Source: Macrostomum lignano
Taxonomy: Eukaryota
Direction: 5' to 3'
NCBI GenBank assembly: GCA_002269645.1
Contig: NIVC01000553.1
Location: 543,428-607,427, forward strand
Length of the DNA stretch: 64,000 nt
How positions within the stretch are numbered: the first letter of the stretch is position 1; the number at the start of each line of letters is the position of its first letter. Positions 25,430-38,859 of this stretch are shown piece by piece. A program made the translations under genes and the position numbers. Below the pieces are notes generated by a model, which ran no database searches, was not told the origin of the DNA, and was given only the letters and a program-made list of their open reading frames with translations.

Positions 25430-26101
25430 GTGAGTGACTCATTGATGAGCTCCGGCTTCAGCATCTGAAGATGTCGCTTAATGTTTTGGGTTTGGTATAC
25501 CCATGTCAGTTATAGGGTTTAAGAACAGGGGGTAGTATGGCTCTTTGACTGTTGAGAGCAAGATGGTGTCGTCAGTAGTCCACTGACTGATGTACATTTA
25601 CAGAGGAAGGGGCAGCGATGGCTCCTCACAAACTGATGTACATCTACAGAGGAAGGGGCAGCGATGGCTCCTCACTGAATGATGTACATCTGAAGTGCTC
25701 TCTACAAGTTTTAAAAAAGAACTGGTCTAATCTAATCCAGAGTACGATATACTTTGCTCTTCTAATTTTTTCAACTTCAAAGAGAAGATTCCGATTCAAC
25801 GAATTTTCCATTCAAAAAAGATTTAACCGGATCAGCCACTTCAACCCATTTGAAGCGGCTGCACTTTTCCTACTCGAAGTTCAAGCGGCCGAATTCGCAA
25901 ATTAATTAATACGCAATTTTCGGCTTCGTTTTCGGACGGACAGAAATCCTGCTCTTTGTCGGCAGGCATAAATTTCTGGCAAATTTTCGATAGGGTTTTA
26001 ATTTGTATAAAATTTCCGACAGACTTATGGAACTGTGTAGGTTGGCTCTCCATATCCATATTCCAGACATGGTGGGCAACCTCTATCGCTTTCGAAATTT
26101 T

Positions 26102-28664
26102 AGTCATGGAGAGTGACTTTCCATCCATTAGCCATGGAGAGTGACTTTCCATCCATTAGCCATGGAGAGTGACTTTCCATCCATTAGCCATGGAGAGTGA
26201 CTTTCCATCCATTAGCCATGGAGAGTGACTTTCCATCCATTAGCCATAGAGAGTGACTTTCTATTCCTTAGTCATGGAGAGTGACTTTCTATCCCTTATT
26301 CATGGAGAGTGACTTTCTATTCCTTAGTCATGGAGAGTGACTTTCTATCCCTTAGTCATGGAGAGTGACTTTCTATCCCTTAGTCATGGAGAGTGAATTT
26401 CTATTCCTTAGTCATAGAGAGTGACTTTCTATTCCTTAGTCATGGAGAGTGACTTTCTATTCCTTAGTCATGGAGAGTGACTTTCTATGATCCTTAGTCA
26501 TGGAGAGTGACTTTCTATGATCCTTAGTCATGGAGAGTGACTTTCTATGATCCTTAGTCATGGAGAGTGACTTTCTATGATCCTTAGTCATGGAGAGTGA
26601 CTTTCTATCAATGAATCATGGAGAGTGACTTTCTATTCCTTAGCCATGGAGAGTGACTTTCCACCCATTAGCCATGGAGAGTGACTTTCCACCCATTAGC
26701 CATGGAGAGTGACTTTCCATCAATTAGCCATGGAGAGTGACTTTCCACCCATTAGCCATGGAGAGTGACTTTCCACCCATTAGCCATGGAGAGTGACTTT
26801 CCACCCATTAGCCATGGAGAGTGACTTTCCACCCATTAGCCATGGAGAGTGACTTTCCACCCATTAGCCATGGAGAGTGACTTTCCACCCATTAGCCATG
26901 GAGAGTGACTTTCCATCAATTAGCCATGGAGAGTGACTTTCCACCCATTAGCCATGGAGAGTGACTTTCCACCCATTAGCCATGGAGAGTGACTTTCCAC
27001 CCATTAGCCATGGAGAGTGACTTTCCACCCATTAGCCATGGAGAGTGACTTTCCATCCATTAGCCATGGAGAGTGACTTTCCACCCATTAGCCATGGAGA
27101 GTGACTTTCCACCCATTAGCCATGGAGAGTGACTTTCCACCCATTAGCCATGGAGAGTGACTTTCCACCCATTAGCCATGGAGAGTGACTTTCCACCCAT
27201 TAGCCATGGAGAGTGACTTTCCATCCATTAGCCATGGAGAGTGACTTTCCACCCATTAGCCATGGAGAGTGACTTTCCACCCATTAGCCATGGAGAGTGA
27301 CTTTCCACCCATTAGCCATGGAGAGTGACTTTCCATCAATTAGCCATGGAGAGTGACTTTCCATCAATTAGCCATGGAGAGTGACTTTCCACCCATTAGC
27401 CATGGAGAGTGACTTTCCACCCATTAGCCATGGAGAGTGACTTTCCACCCATTAGCCATGGAGAGTGACTTTCCACCCATTAGCCATGGAGAGTGACTTT
27501 CCACCCATTAGCCATGGGGAGTGACTTTCCATCCATTAGCCATGGAGAGTGACTTTCCACCCATTAGCCATGGAGAGTGACTTTCCACCCATTAGCCATG
27601 GAGAGTGACTTTCCACCCATTAGCCATGGAGAGTGACTTTCCATCCATTAGCCATGGAGAGTGACTTTCCACCCATTAGCCATGGAGAGTGACTTTCCAC
27701 CCATTAGCCATGGAGAGTGACTTTCCACCCATTAGCCATGGAGAGTGACTTTCCATCCATTAGCCATGGAGAGTGACTTTCCACCCATTAGCAATGGAGA
27801 GTGACTTTCCATCAATTAGCCATGGAGAGTGACTTTCCACCCATTAGCCATGGAGAGTGACTTTCCACCCATTAGCCATGGAGAGTGACTTTCCATCAAT
27901 TAGCCATGGAGAGTGACTTTCCACCCATTAGCCATGGAGAGTGACTTTCCATCAATTAGCCATGGAGAGTGACTTTCCACCCATTAGCCATGGAGAGTGA
28001 CTTTCCATCAATTAGCCATGGAGAGTGACTTTCCATCAATTAGCCATGGAGAGTGACTTTCCACCCATTAGCCATGGAGAGTGACTTTCCATCAATTAGC
28101 CATGGAGAGTGACTTTCCATCAATTAGCCATGGAGAGTGACTTTCCACCCATTAGCCATGGAGAGTGACTTTCCATCAATTAGCCATGGAGAGTGACTTT
28201 CCACCCATTAGCCATGGAGAGTGACTTTCCACCCATTAGCCATGGAGAGTGACTTTCCACCCATTAGCCATGGGGAGTGACTTTCCATCAATTAGCCATG
28301 GAGAGTGACTTTCCACCCATTAGCCATGGAGAGTGACTTTCCACCCATTAGCCATGGAGAGTGACTTTCCACCCATTAGCCATGGAGAGTGACTTTCCAC
28401 CCATTAGCCATGGAGAGTGACTTTCCACCCATTAGCCATGGAGAGTGACTTTCCATCCATTAGCCATGGAGAGTGACTTTCCACCCATTAGCCATGGAGA
28501 GTGACTTTCCACCCATTAGCCATGGAGAGTGACTTTCCACCCATTAGCCATGGAGAGTGACTTTCCATCCATTAGCCATGGAGAGTGACTTTCCACCCAT
28601 TAGCCATGGAGAGTGACTTTCCACCCATTAGCCATGGAGAGTGACTTTCCACCCATTAGCCATG
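26102..28664 (+). repeat. 28-bp minisatellite (CATGGAGAGTGACTTTCCACCCATTAGC)n, ~2.5 kb
   Basis: Homogeneous tandem array with a variant block at 26250-26640. Confidence 0.98.
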
Positions 28665-28879
28665 GGTCAAATAAATTGCACAAATACAGATTCGTATTTT
28701 CGCGCATTCCTACTAAGCTATAAGTAGGCAGTGGAGAAAATTTAATCTGCAGTGAATCTACTCTCCTAACAATTTGGGGTTTTTCGGGGTTTCGCTCAAT
28801 TATACCTTTTTAAGTTAGTCTTCAGCCTAACAGCCTAACCTAGTCTTCAGTTCGCATAGCGTAGCCGTATGCGAACAAG

Positions 28880-29424
28880 AGGGCAGAGGGTAGAGGATGG
28901 AAAGTAGAGGGTAGAGGTAGAGCGTAGACAGTAGAGAGTAGCGGGTAGAGGGTAGAGCGTAGACAGTAAAGTAGAGGGTAGCTTTACCCTCAGGGTAGAG
29001 GGTAGAGGGTATAGAGGGTAGATGATAGAGGGTAGAGGGTAGAGCGTAGACAGTAGAGAGTAGAGAGTAGAGGGTAGAGGGTAGAGAGTAAATAGTAGAG
29101 AGTAGAGGGTAGAGGATAGAGGGTAGAGAGTAGAGGGTAGATGGTAAATGATAGAGAGTAGAAGGTAGAGGGTAGAGGTTAGAGGGTAGAGAGTAGAGAG
29201 TAGAGAGTAGAGAGTAGAGGATAGAGGGTAGAGGGTAGAGGGTAGATGGTAGATGAGATAGAGAGTAGAAGGTAGAGGGTAGAGATTGGAGGGTAGAGAG
29301 TAGAGAGTAGAGAGTAGAGAGTAGAGAGTAGAGAGTAGAGGATAGAGGGTAGAGAGTAGAGGGTAGATGGTAGATGATAGAGAGTAGAAGGTAGAGGGTA
29401 GAGGTTAGAGGGTAGCTTTACCCT
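28880..29424 (+). repeat. (GGTAGAG/AGTAGAG)-type degenerate heptamer repeat
   Basis: Tandem purine-rich units. Confidence 0.9.
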
Positions 29425-30409
29425 CCAAAAGCTAGCCGAGTTCACTTATTCAGTTTACGATCTATTGAATCAAACTGTATTGAAACGCGAGTAGCCAAGG
29501 TTAGCACCTGATACCTAAAGTGTTCATTCAATTCTCATATCTTTGGGTCAATCCATCCTTAAATGAATCGGTTCAGTTTCGCTTGCAGTCTTGAAGTCAG
29601 CAGAGACAAGGACATCTGCAGCCTGCTGCCGATGCCCCAGTCCTTCTTTACTAGTTAAATATTTCCTTTGCTACGAACGGACCAACAGAGGGAACAGAGG
29701 ACTGGGACTGCTAAGAGTATGTTTGACCAGAAACCCCTCCTCCCATCCAGCTTCCACATTCTGCTCTTTCTTCCCCACATCTTTCTGTGTGTGGTTTCTT
29801 TCGGGAAAAATTTTTCCCAAACTCGAATTGCTTCGGTTTCTTAAACACCCACCTGGGGTTATTTACCGTTCACGAGGAGCCCTGAAATTAGTCACTTTTG
29901 GTACTTTTGATGCTGCGCTGACCCTCAGCACCTCAGAAATTGTGAGCTTACAGATTAATCCTGACTCGAACCCGTAGAAGGCAAGCAATCATGGCTAAAC
30001 TTGGCCATTTCTGTAACAGAATATCCTTAATCTTTTTCTTAGGCTTTTTTGCCTAAGGCGATTGACAACTGCTCTTTGGGATGGAGGGCAGGGGACTTGA
30101 GATATTGCATGACTAGAGGAGGCTAAGGCCGCTCAAGACCGATGACATATTGAATTGACTTTGGCCAGCACTTTTGCAAAGAAAATTGTTTGCACAGACT
30201 AAAATATTAGAGAAGACGATTTCTGGGACACAGAAAATCTCAAGGAAGTCACGAGCGAGCGGACAGGAAGATGATAAGAGAGGCACTCGCAGACAGGGTT
30301 GTTAGGGCGTTTCGGACTGAGTTCCTTCTTGGACTTTGTCAGTCAGCTGGGTTACGGTTAATCCTTGCTGGGTTTTTTGGTTTCTGCTGAGGCTCCATTT
30401 CGTTGATTT

Positions 30410-33100
30410 TGTCCCCCAGTTGGTAGATTTTGTCTCCTAATTGGTAGATTTTGTCTTCTAACTGGCAGATTTTGTTTCCTAATTGGTAGATTTTGTCTCC
30501 TAATTGGTAGATTTTGTTTCCTAATTGGTAGATTTTGTCTCCTAATGGATAGATTTTGTCTCCTAATTGGTAGATTTTGTCTCCTAATGGGTAGATTTTT
30601 CTCCTAATTGGTAGATTTTGTCTCTTAATTGGTAGATTTTGTCTCCTAATGGGTAGATTTTGTCTCCTAATTGGTAGATTTTGTCTCCTAATTGGTAGAT
30701 TTTGTCTCCTAATTGGTAGATTTGTCTCCTAATTGGTAGATTTTGTCTCCTAATTGGTAGATTTGTCTCCTAATTGGTAGATTTTGTTTCCTAATTGGTA
30801 GATTTGTCCCCCAGTTGGTAGATTTTGTCTCCTAATTGGTAGATTTTGTCTCCTAATTGGTAGATTTTGTCTCCTAATTGGTAGATTTTGTCTCCTAATT
30901 GGTAGATTTTGTCTCCTAATTGGTAGATTTTGTTTCCTAATTGGTAGATTTTGTCTCCTAATTGGTAGATTTTGTTTCCTAATTGGTAGATTTTGTCTCC
31001 TAACTGGTAGATTTTGTCTCCTAATTGGTAGATTTTGTCTTCTAACTGGCAGATTTTGTTTCCTAATTGGTAGATTTTGTCTCCTAATTGGTAGATTTTG
31101 TTTCCTAATTGGTAGATTTTGTCTCCTAATGGATAGATTTTGTCTCCTAATTGGTAGATTTTGTTTCCTAATTGGTAGATTTTGTCTCCTAATTGGTAGA
31201 TTTTGTTTCCTAATTGGTAGATTTTGTCTCCTAACTGGTAGATTTTGTCTCCTAATTGGTAGATTTTGTCTTCTAACTGGCAGATTTTGTTTCCTAATTG
31301 GTAGATTTTGTCTCCTAATTGGTAGATTTTGTTTCCTAATTGGTAGATTTTGTCTCCTAATGGATAGATTTTGTCTCCTAATTGGTAGATTTTGTCTCCT
31401 AATGGGTAGATTTTTCTCCTAATTGGTAGATTTTGTCTCTTAATTGGTAGATTTTGTCTCCTAATGGGTAGATTTTGTCTCCTAATTGGTAGATTTTGTC
31501 TCCTAATTGGTAGATTTTGTCTCCTAATTGGTAGATTTTGTCTCCTAATTGGTAGATTTTGTCTCCTAATTGGTAGATTTTGTCTCCTAATTGGTAGATT
31601 TGTCTCCTAATTGGTAGATTTTGTTTCCTAATTGGTAGATTTTGTCTCCTAATTGGTAGATTTGTCTCCTAATTGGTAGATTTTGTCTCCTAATTGGTAG
31701 ATTTTGTCTCCCAATTGGTAGATTTTGTCTCCTAATGGGTAGATTTTGTCTCCTAATTGGTAGATTTTGTCTCCTAATTGGTAGATTTTGTCTCCTAATT
31801 GGTAGATTTTGTCTCCTAATTGGTAGATTTTGTCTCCTAATTGGTAGATTTGTCTCCTAATTGGTAGATTTTGTCTCCTAATTGGTAGATTTGTCTCCTA
31901 ATTGGTAGATTTTGTTTCCTAATTGGTAGATTTGTCTCCTAATTGGTAGATTTGTCTCCTAATTGGTAGATTTTGTCTCCTAATTGGTAGATTTTGTCTC
32001 CTAATTGGTAGATTTTGTCTCCTAATTGGTAGATTTTGTCTCCTAATTGGTAGATTTTGTCTCCTAATTGGTAGATTTTGTCTCCTAATTGGTAGAATTT
32101 GTCTCCTAATTGGTAGATTTTGTTTCCTAATTGGTAGATTTTGTCTCCTAATGGGTAGATTTTGTCTCCTAATTGGTAGATTTTGTCTCTTAATTGGTAG
32201 ATTTTGTCTTTTAATTGGTAGATTTTGTCTCCTAATTGGTAGATTTTGTCTCCTAATTGGTAGATTTTGTCTCCTAATTGGTAGATTTTGTCTCCTAATT
32301 GGTAGATTTTGTCTCAATTGGTAGATTTTGTCTCCTAATTGGTAGATTTTGTCTCCTAATTGGTAGATTTTGTCTCCCAATTGGTAGATTTTGTCTTCTA
32401 ATTGGTAGATTTTGTCTCCCAATTGGTAGATTTTGTCTCCTAATTGGTAGATTTTGTCTCCCAATTGGTAGATTTTGTCTCCTAATTGGTAGATTTTGTC
32501 TCCCAATTGGTAGAATTTGTCTCCTAATTGGTAGATTTTGTTTCCTAATTGGTAGATTTTGTCTCCTAATTGGTAGATTTTGTCTTCTAACTGGCAGATT
32601 TTGTTTCCTAATTGGTAGATTTTGTCTTTTAATTGGTAGATTTTGTCTCCTAATTGGTAGATTTTGTCTCCTAATTGGTAGATTTTGTCTCCTAATTGGT
32701 AGATTTTGTCTCCTAATTGGTAGATTTTGTCTCCTAATTGGTAGATTTTGTCTCCTAATTGGTAGATTTTGTTTCCTAATTAGTAGATTTTGTCTCCTAA
32801 TTGGTAGATTTTGTTTCCTAATTGGTAGATTTTGTTTCCTAATTGGTAGATTTTGTTTCCTAATTGGTAGATTTTGTCTCCTAATCGGTAGATTTTGTCT
32901 CCTAATTGGTAGATTTGTCTCCTAATTGGTAGATTTTGTTTCCTAATTGGTAGATTTTGTCTCCTAATTGGTAGATTTTGTCTCCTAATCGGTAGATTTT
33001 GTCTCCTAATTGGTAGATTTGTCTCCTAATTGGTAGATTTTGTTTCCTAATTGGTAGATTTTGTCTCCTAATTGGTAGATTTTGTTTCCTAATTACTAGA
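30410..33100 (+). repeat. 21-bp satellite (TTTTGTCTCCTAATTGGTAGA)n, copy 1
   Basis: ~2.7-kb tandem array. Confidence 0.98.
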
Positions 33101-33876
33101 TATGGTCTTGAGTTTACAAGCAGGACTTCTTTAGTCTATAATGCAGGAAACTCAGCAAAAGCACTGTATTTTGTTTAGTAACCAACTGACTCACACTTAA
33201 CTGTATGTTAAACCTCTGCTAACACAATCGGGTACTCGTGGGCCCTCAACCCCACTTAGAGGCATAGTGAATCAATATAGATAAGATTAATAAAAAATTA
33301 CCTGCACTAATAACTTCACTAATATTGGTTAAAAACGAATCGCTAGCTCAGTTCAGTGCATAGCTAAGTTTAATTTTTCGAGATAAACCTTATATAACTC
33401 GTATATTAGTGGATATTTCTCGTATGCTCCACCAAGCAATTCCTGACTCTCTCTCTCTCCCCTACCCTCCAACCCCCCCCCCCGTCTGGTGGAGTCAGCG
33501 GGGGTTGGCTGTTGGGGCGCCCTGGTCACCGCCTCCCCCAAAGATAGGGCAGGGGGCCTCTTGTTGGTTTAAGGGCAAGGCAAGAAAGAAACCTGCCTTT
33601 CCAAACAGCCGCAAAAGCAACTTTATAAACGCCCCAACGCAAGGTTTTATAATGCCAAGAACACAGACCTGAGACCAAAAACAGTCCCTATTTTAAGAGT
33701 TCAAGCCAGTTCTATTGGCTCGAACAGCTTCTTACAAGCAAAATAAACGCAATTCTCCTTCCCTAACTTTGGTGTTTGTTTCTTTCGAAAATTCTTTGAA
33801 AGATCAACAGCCTGGCAGTTATGACAGAGCGCCATCGCGTATTTTATTAGCCGAACCCATTACCTATTGAGTAAGT

Positions 33877-34214
33877 ATGCAAAAGCAAACGCTATTGCTG
33901 CTTCCACTGCTGATTCTGTTGGATTGTCCGGCCGAAGTCAAAGCGGAGCAGTTCCGCCTGTTGTGCCTGCTGCCTCACGACAGCCCCTACCAGTTCGACC
34001 ACAGCCTGGTCGCCCCCAGCACCGACCTGGTCATGGACAGCCTGACTGCGCGAGGTCTCAACAAGCACTTCAGTCTGAACATCAGCTTTGAGAATTCCAC
34101 CTGTTCGAACAGGGCCGCCCTGCCGGCCATGGAGTACTATTACTCTGGCCGGGTGGACGGCTTCCTTGGCCTGGCCTGTCCGGAAAGTTGCAGCCAAGTC
34201 GTCCAGTATTCGGG
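33877..34214 (+). CDS. Receptor guanylyl cyclase variable cassette C, exon 1
   Basis: MQKQTLLLLPLLILLDCPAEVKA leader, FRLLCLLPHDSPYQF, ENSTCS, VDGFLGLAC. Donor TCGGG|GTGAGG, phase 2. Confidence 0.85.
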
Positions 34215-34467
34215 GTGAGGAGTCCTTGAAGTCCTTGAATGTACTTTGATAGTCGAAAAAGTTCTTACCAAAATCCACACCTCATCCATTTCCGATAGCC
34301 TCAGAAATTTTTATCCACATTAGCGGCTTAACCCAGTCCCCATTAATTCCCCCCATTTACTGGTAGTCCCCGAGCTGTCAAATGAGAACCCAATTCATTA
34401 AAAAACAAAATTTTCGAAAAACACAGGTCGCTACAGGGACTGCTGAAACAGAAGGACCCTGTACTGG

Positions 34468-34790
34468 GGCGCTTTCATATCTCCGACACTTCATATCTCC
34501 GACACTTCATATCTCCGACACTTCACATCTCCGACACTTCACATCTCCGACACTTCATATCTCCGACACTTCATATCTCTGTCACTTCATATCTCCGACA
34601 CTTCATATCTCCGACACTTCACATCTCCGACATTTCATATCTCCGACACTTCATATCTCCGACACTTCATATCTCTGACACTTCCTATCTCCGACAAGCT
34701 TAACCCCTATGCCTAAGATATGAAGTGTCGGATGTATGAAACTTCGGATATGTACAACGTTGAAAGTATGACATTTCGGAGATGTAAAAC
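34468..34790 (+). repeat. 16-bp tandem repeat (TTCATATCTCCGACAC)n followed by degenerate inverted copies
   Basis: Array 34468-34695. GATATGAAGTGTCGGA..TTTCGGAGATGTAA at 34716-34790 is its reverse complement. Duplicated at +9655. Confidence 0.85.
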
Positions 34791-34894
34791 CCTCATTGGG
34801 AGCGGTTGTTTACGCTGCCACGAAATTGTGTGCCACAAAAAAGTTGACCTCACGCACACAGCAACCTTTTTTGACTTTTGTCTGTAAGAACTCG

Positions 34895-35205
34895 TTTGGG
34901 CACCCCTCTGACACTAATTTGGGCACCCCTCTGACACTAATTTTGGCGCCCCTCTGACTCATTTTGGCACCCCTCTGAAACTCATTTTGGCGCCCCTCTG
35001 ACACTCATTTTGGCACCCCTCTGACACTTATTTTGGCACCCCTCTGATACTCATTTTGGCGCCCCTCTGACACTCATTTTGGCGCCCCTCTGATACTCAT
35101 TTTGGCACCCCTCTGACACTCATTTTGGTGCCTCCCTGACACTCATTTTTGGGACCCTCTGACACTCATTTTGGCGTCCCCTGACACTCATTTTGACGCC
35201 CCTCA
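34895..35205 (+). repeat. ~23-bp minisatellite (CACTCATTTTGGCGCCCCTCTGA)n
   Basis: Tandem array in the cassette C intron. Duplicated at +9655. Confidence 0.92.
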
Positions 35206-35266
35206 AAAATGTTTCCAACAGAAAACTTAATGAATTATTGACCTAATACTGCGATTGCACAATCAG

Positions 35267-35622
35267 GGAGCGGTGGAACAAGCCGGTAGTCAGCATTGGA
35301 GCAGTTGAGATGGCATTCCGCGACAGTGCAAACATCCAATACAGACACGACATCTTTGTTCGAGTCAGCTTTGACAGCGGCGAACTGATTCACTCAATTG
35401 TGAAGGCAATTTTTCTGCCAAACGCTTGGCGAAAGTTTTTCGGCATGTTCACCTGGTCGCACGGATACGCTAAGAACAGTGGCAATCTGTTTATGCAAGG
35501 CTTCAACTGGGTACGGCAGCGAATGAATATGAAAGCCGACTACTTTGACACGCAGAATAGGACCTTTACGGAAGAGGAGATTACTAACACGTTGAAGCAG
35601 AGAATCGCATCGAAATACTCCG
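35267..35622 (+). CDS. Receptor guanylyl cyclase variable cassette C, exon 2
   Basis: Acceptor AATCAG|G completes Gly. RWNKPVVSIGAVEMAF, IFVRVSF. Donor TCCG|GTAAGA, phase 1. Cassette total 694 nt = 3n+1. Confidence 0.85.
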
Positions 35623-35779
35623 GTAAGAATGAACCGGAGCCTTCAGAGTCTTCGCGATCAAATATTGAAAAGCCGAACCGATTTTAGCTTGTTACAACAT
35701 TTTAGCGATATGTCTTCTATCAAATGCTTCCCATATCTTCCTAGCTTTTCAATCGGGCCAAGAAATCAGCCGTTGCCCC

Positions 35780-36435
35780 AGTTAAGGTGGAAAAGGAGTG
35801 GTGGGGCACACAAACAGCCACCCCAACCAATTTAGGCGGAAAAGGGGCGGTGGGGCACTCAAACAGCCACCCCAACCAATTTAGGCGGAAAAGGGGCGGT
35901 GGGGCACACAAACAGCCACCCCAACCAATTTAGGCGGAAAAGGGGCGGTGGGGCACTCAAACAGCCACCCCCAACCAATTTAGGCGGAAAAGGGGCGGTG
36001 GGGCACACAAACAGCCACCCCAACCAATTTAGGCGGAAAAGGGGCGGTGGGGCACTCAAACAGCCACCCCAACCAATTTAGGCGGAAAAGGGGCGGTGGG
36101 GCACTCAAACAGCCACCCCAACCAATTTAAGCGGAAAAGGGGTGGTGGGGCACTCAAACAGCCACCCCAACCAATTTAGGTGGAAAAGGGGCGGTGGGGC
36201 ACACAAACAGCCACCCCAACCAATTTAGGCGGAAAAGGGGCGGTGGGGCACTCAAACAGCCACGCCAACCAATTTAGGCGGAAAAGGGGTGGTGGGGCAC
36301 TCAAACAGCCACGCAAAACAGTTAAGACGGAAAAGAGGTGATGGGCACACCAAAAACCACCCCAACTAGTGAAGTCGGAAATTAGGGCTGGTGGGTCACA
36401 CAAACAGCCACCCCAACCAGTTAAGGCGGAAAAGG
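35780..36435 (+). repeat. 49-bp G-rich minisatellite (AGGCGGAAAAGGGGCGGTGGGGCACTCAAACAGCCACCCCAACCAATTT)n
   Basis: Tandem array. Duplicated at about 45435-46090. Confidence 0.94.
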
Positions 36436-37249
36436 GGCCGTGGTGTATTTTTTATGCAATGCAAATCTCAATGAAATTTCTACCATTCTTAACTTAGAAA
36501 TATCAACAAATAAGGCGGAAACCCAAGCGCATCTACTGATAGTAGCTTGTTTAAAACGACGTAAAAATCCACAGAACGAGATTGTACCCCTAATCGTCCG
36601 CTCACATGAGCGAGATGCCAAAATAATTTAATCCGTCCTCGGCCACACGCGACAGTCTGTCGCAATAATCGTGAATTTGAAGGCATTGCAGAGAGCGGTC
36701 AGTTTGACCAGTAGCTCTGCAAAAACCCCTACTTCATCTCTCTTCGTGCAAGCATGCACGCAGTCCCCTGCAGAGTGGCAGCTTGCCCATTACTCAAAAA
36801 ATATGTCTGACCAACGCTGAGCAACTTAATTAATCGCATAAATACAATCGAGTTGGCAGTGGGCAGTGTGGTAGCAGGCATGGTCACACTCCGTCTCACC
36901 TCACTTTCTGCCTGTCACATGGACTAGCCAACCCCCGCCCCGCCGGAGCGTTTCTGAATGCGAAGAGACGGAACGGGTGTAGCGGCTTCAGTACTCATAT
37001 CCAGCCAGTACTTTCAGATGTTAGGCTTCAGTGTTCACCCTCCGTTACATCCCTCCGGCAGTAGAGCTCTTCCCACACAGTTGTCATATCTTATTCATCA
37101 TTTTGTCAAATATGGCTTTGATTCTAACACCGGCACAGACCATTAAGAGAACATAACAATTCAAAATTATTATCAGTACTAAAATGCATTTCAATTCCTT
37201 ATGTTTTGCAATTGAAATCTCCCATCATCTCCGACCATCAGGATAAAAT

Positions 37250-38310
37250 CTCCCACACAATCTTCGACACAATCTCCGACACAATCTCTGACACAATCTC
37301 CGACACAATCTCCGACACAATCTCCGACACAATCTCCGACACAATCTTCGACACAATCTCTGACACAATCTCCGACACAATCTCCGACACAATCTCTGAC
37401 ACAATCTCCGACACAATCTCCGACTAAATCTCTGACACAATCACGGACACAATCTTATGCAAGATCTCTGACACAATCTCCGACACAATCTCCGACACAA
37501 TCTCCGACGCAATCTTCGACACAATCTCCTACAAAATCTCTGACACAATCTCCGACACAATCTCCGACGCAATCTTCGACACAATCTCCGACACAATCTC
37601 CGACACAATCTCCGACACAATCTTCGACACAATCTCTGACACAATCTCCGACACAATCTCCGACACAATCTCTGACTAAATCTCTGACACAATCACGGAC
37701 ACAATCTTATGCAAGATCTCTGACACAATCTCCGACACAATCTCCGACACAATCTCCGACGCAATCTTCGACACAATCTCCTACAAAATCTCTGACACAA
37801 TCTCCGACACAATCTCTGACACAATCTCCGACACAATCTCTGACACAATCTCTGACACAATCTCCTACAAAACCTCTAACACAATCTCCTACACAATCTC
37901 CGACACAATCTCCTACACAATCTCCTACACAATCTCCGACACAATCTCCTACACAATCTCTGACACAATCTCCTACAAAACCTCTAACACAATCTCCTAC
38001 ACAATCTCCGACACAATCTCCTACACAATCTCTGACACAACCTCCTACAAAACCTCTAACACAATCTCCGACACAATCTCCGACACAATCTCCGACACAA
38101 TCTCCGACACAATCTCCGACACAATCTCCGACACAATCTCTGACACAATCTCTGACACAATCTCCTACAAAACCTCTAACACAATCTCCTACACAATCTC
38201 CGACACAATCTCCTACACAATCTCTGACACAATCTCCTACAAAACCTCTAACACAATCTCCGACACAATCTCCGACACAATCTCCGACCATCTCCAGCAC
38301 AATCTCCGAC
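37250..38310 (+). repeat. 12-bp minisatellite (ACACAATCTCCG)n, copy 1 (copy 2 at 46905-47930)
   Basis: Tandem array ending at the duplication junction. Confidence 0.96.
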
Positions 38311-38859
38311 ACAAGCCCGTTCACGAGGAGCCCTGAAATTAGTCACTTTTGGTACTTTTGATGCTGCGCTGACCCTCAGCACCTCAGAAATTGTGAGCTT
38401 ACAGATTAATCCTGACTCGAACCCGTAGAAGGCAAGCAATCATGGCTAAACTTGGCCATTTCTGTAACAGAATATCCTTAATCTTTTTCTTAGGCTTTTT
38501 TGCCTAAGGCGATTGACAACTGCTCTTTGGGATGGAGGGCAGGGGACTTGAGATATTGCATGACTAGAGGAGGCTAAGGCCGCTCAAGACCGATGACATA
38601 TTGAATTGACTTTGGCCAGCACTTTTGCAAAGAAAATTGTTTGCACAGACTAAAATATTAGAGAAGACGATTTCTGGGACACAGAAAATCTCAAGGAAGT
38701 CACGAGCGAGCGGACAGGAAGATGATAAGAGAGGCACTCGCAGACAGGGTTGTTAGGGCGTTTCGGACTGAGTTCCTTCTTGGACTTTGTCAGTCAGCTG
38801 GGTTACGGTTAATCCTTGCTGGGTTTTTTGGTTTCTGCTGAGGCTCCATTTCGTTGATT

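Noticed and set aside
26102-28664. 28-bp and 49-bp arrays as CRISPR-like
   Set aside because: Units are directly adjacent with no unique spacers, there are no cas genes, and the context is a eukaryotic intron.
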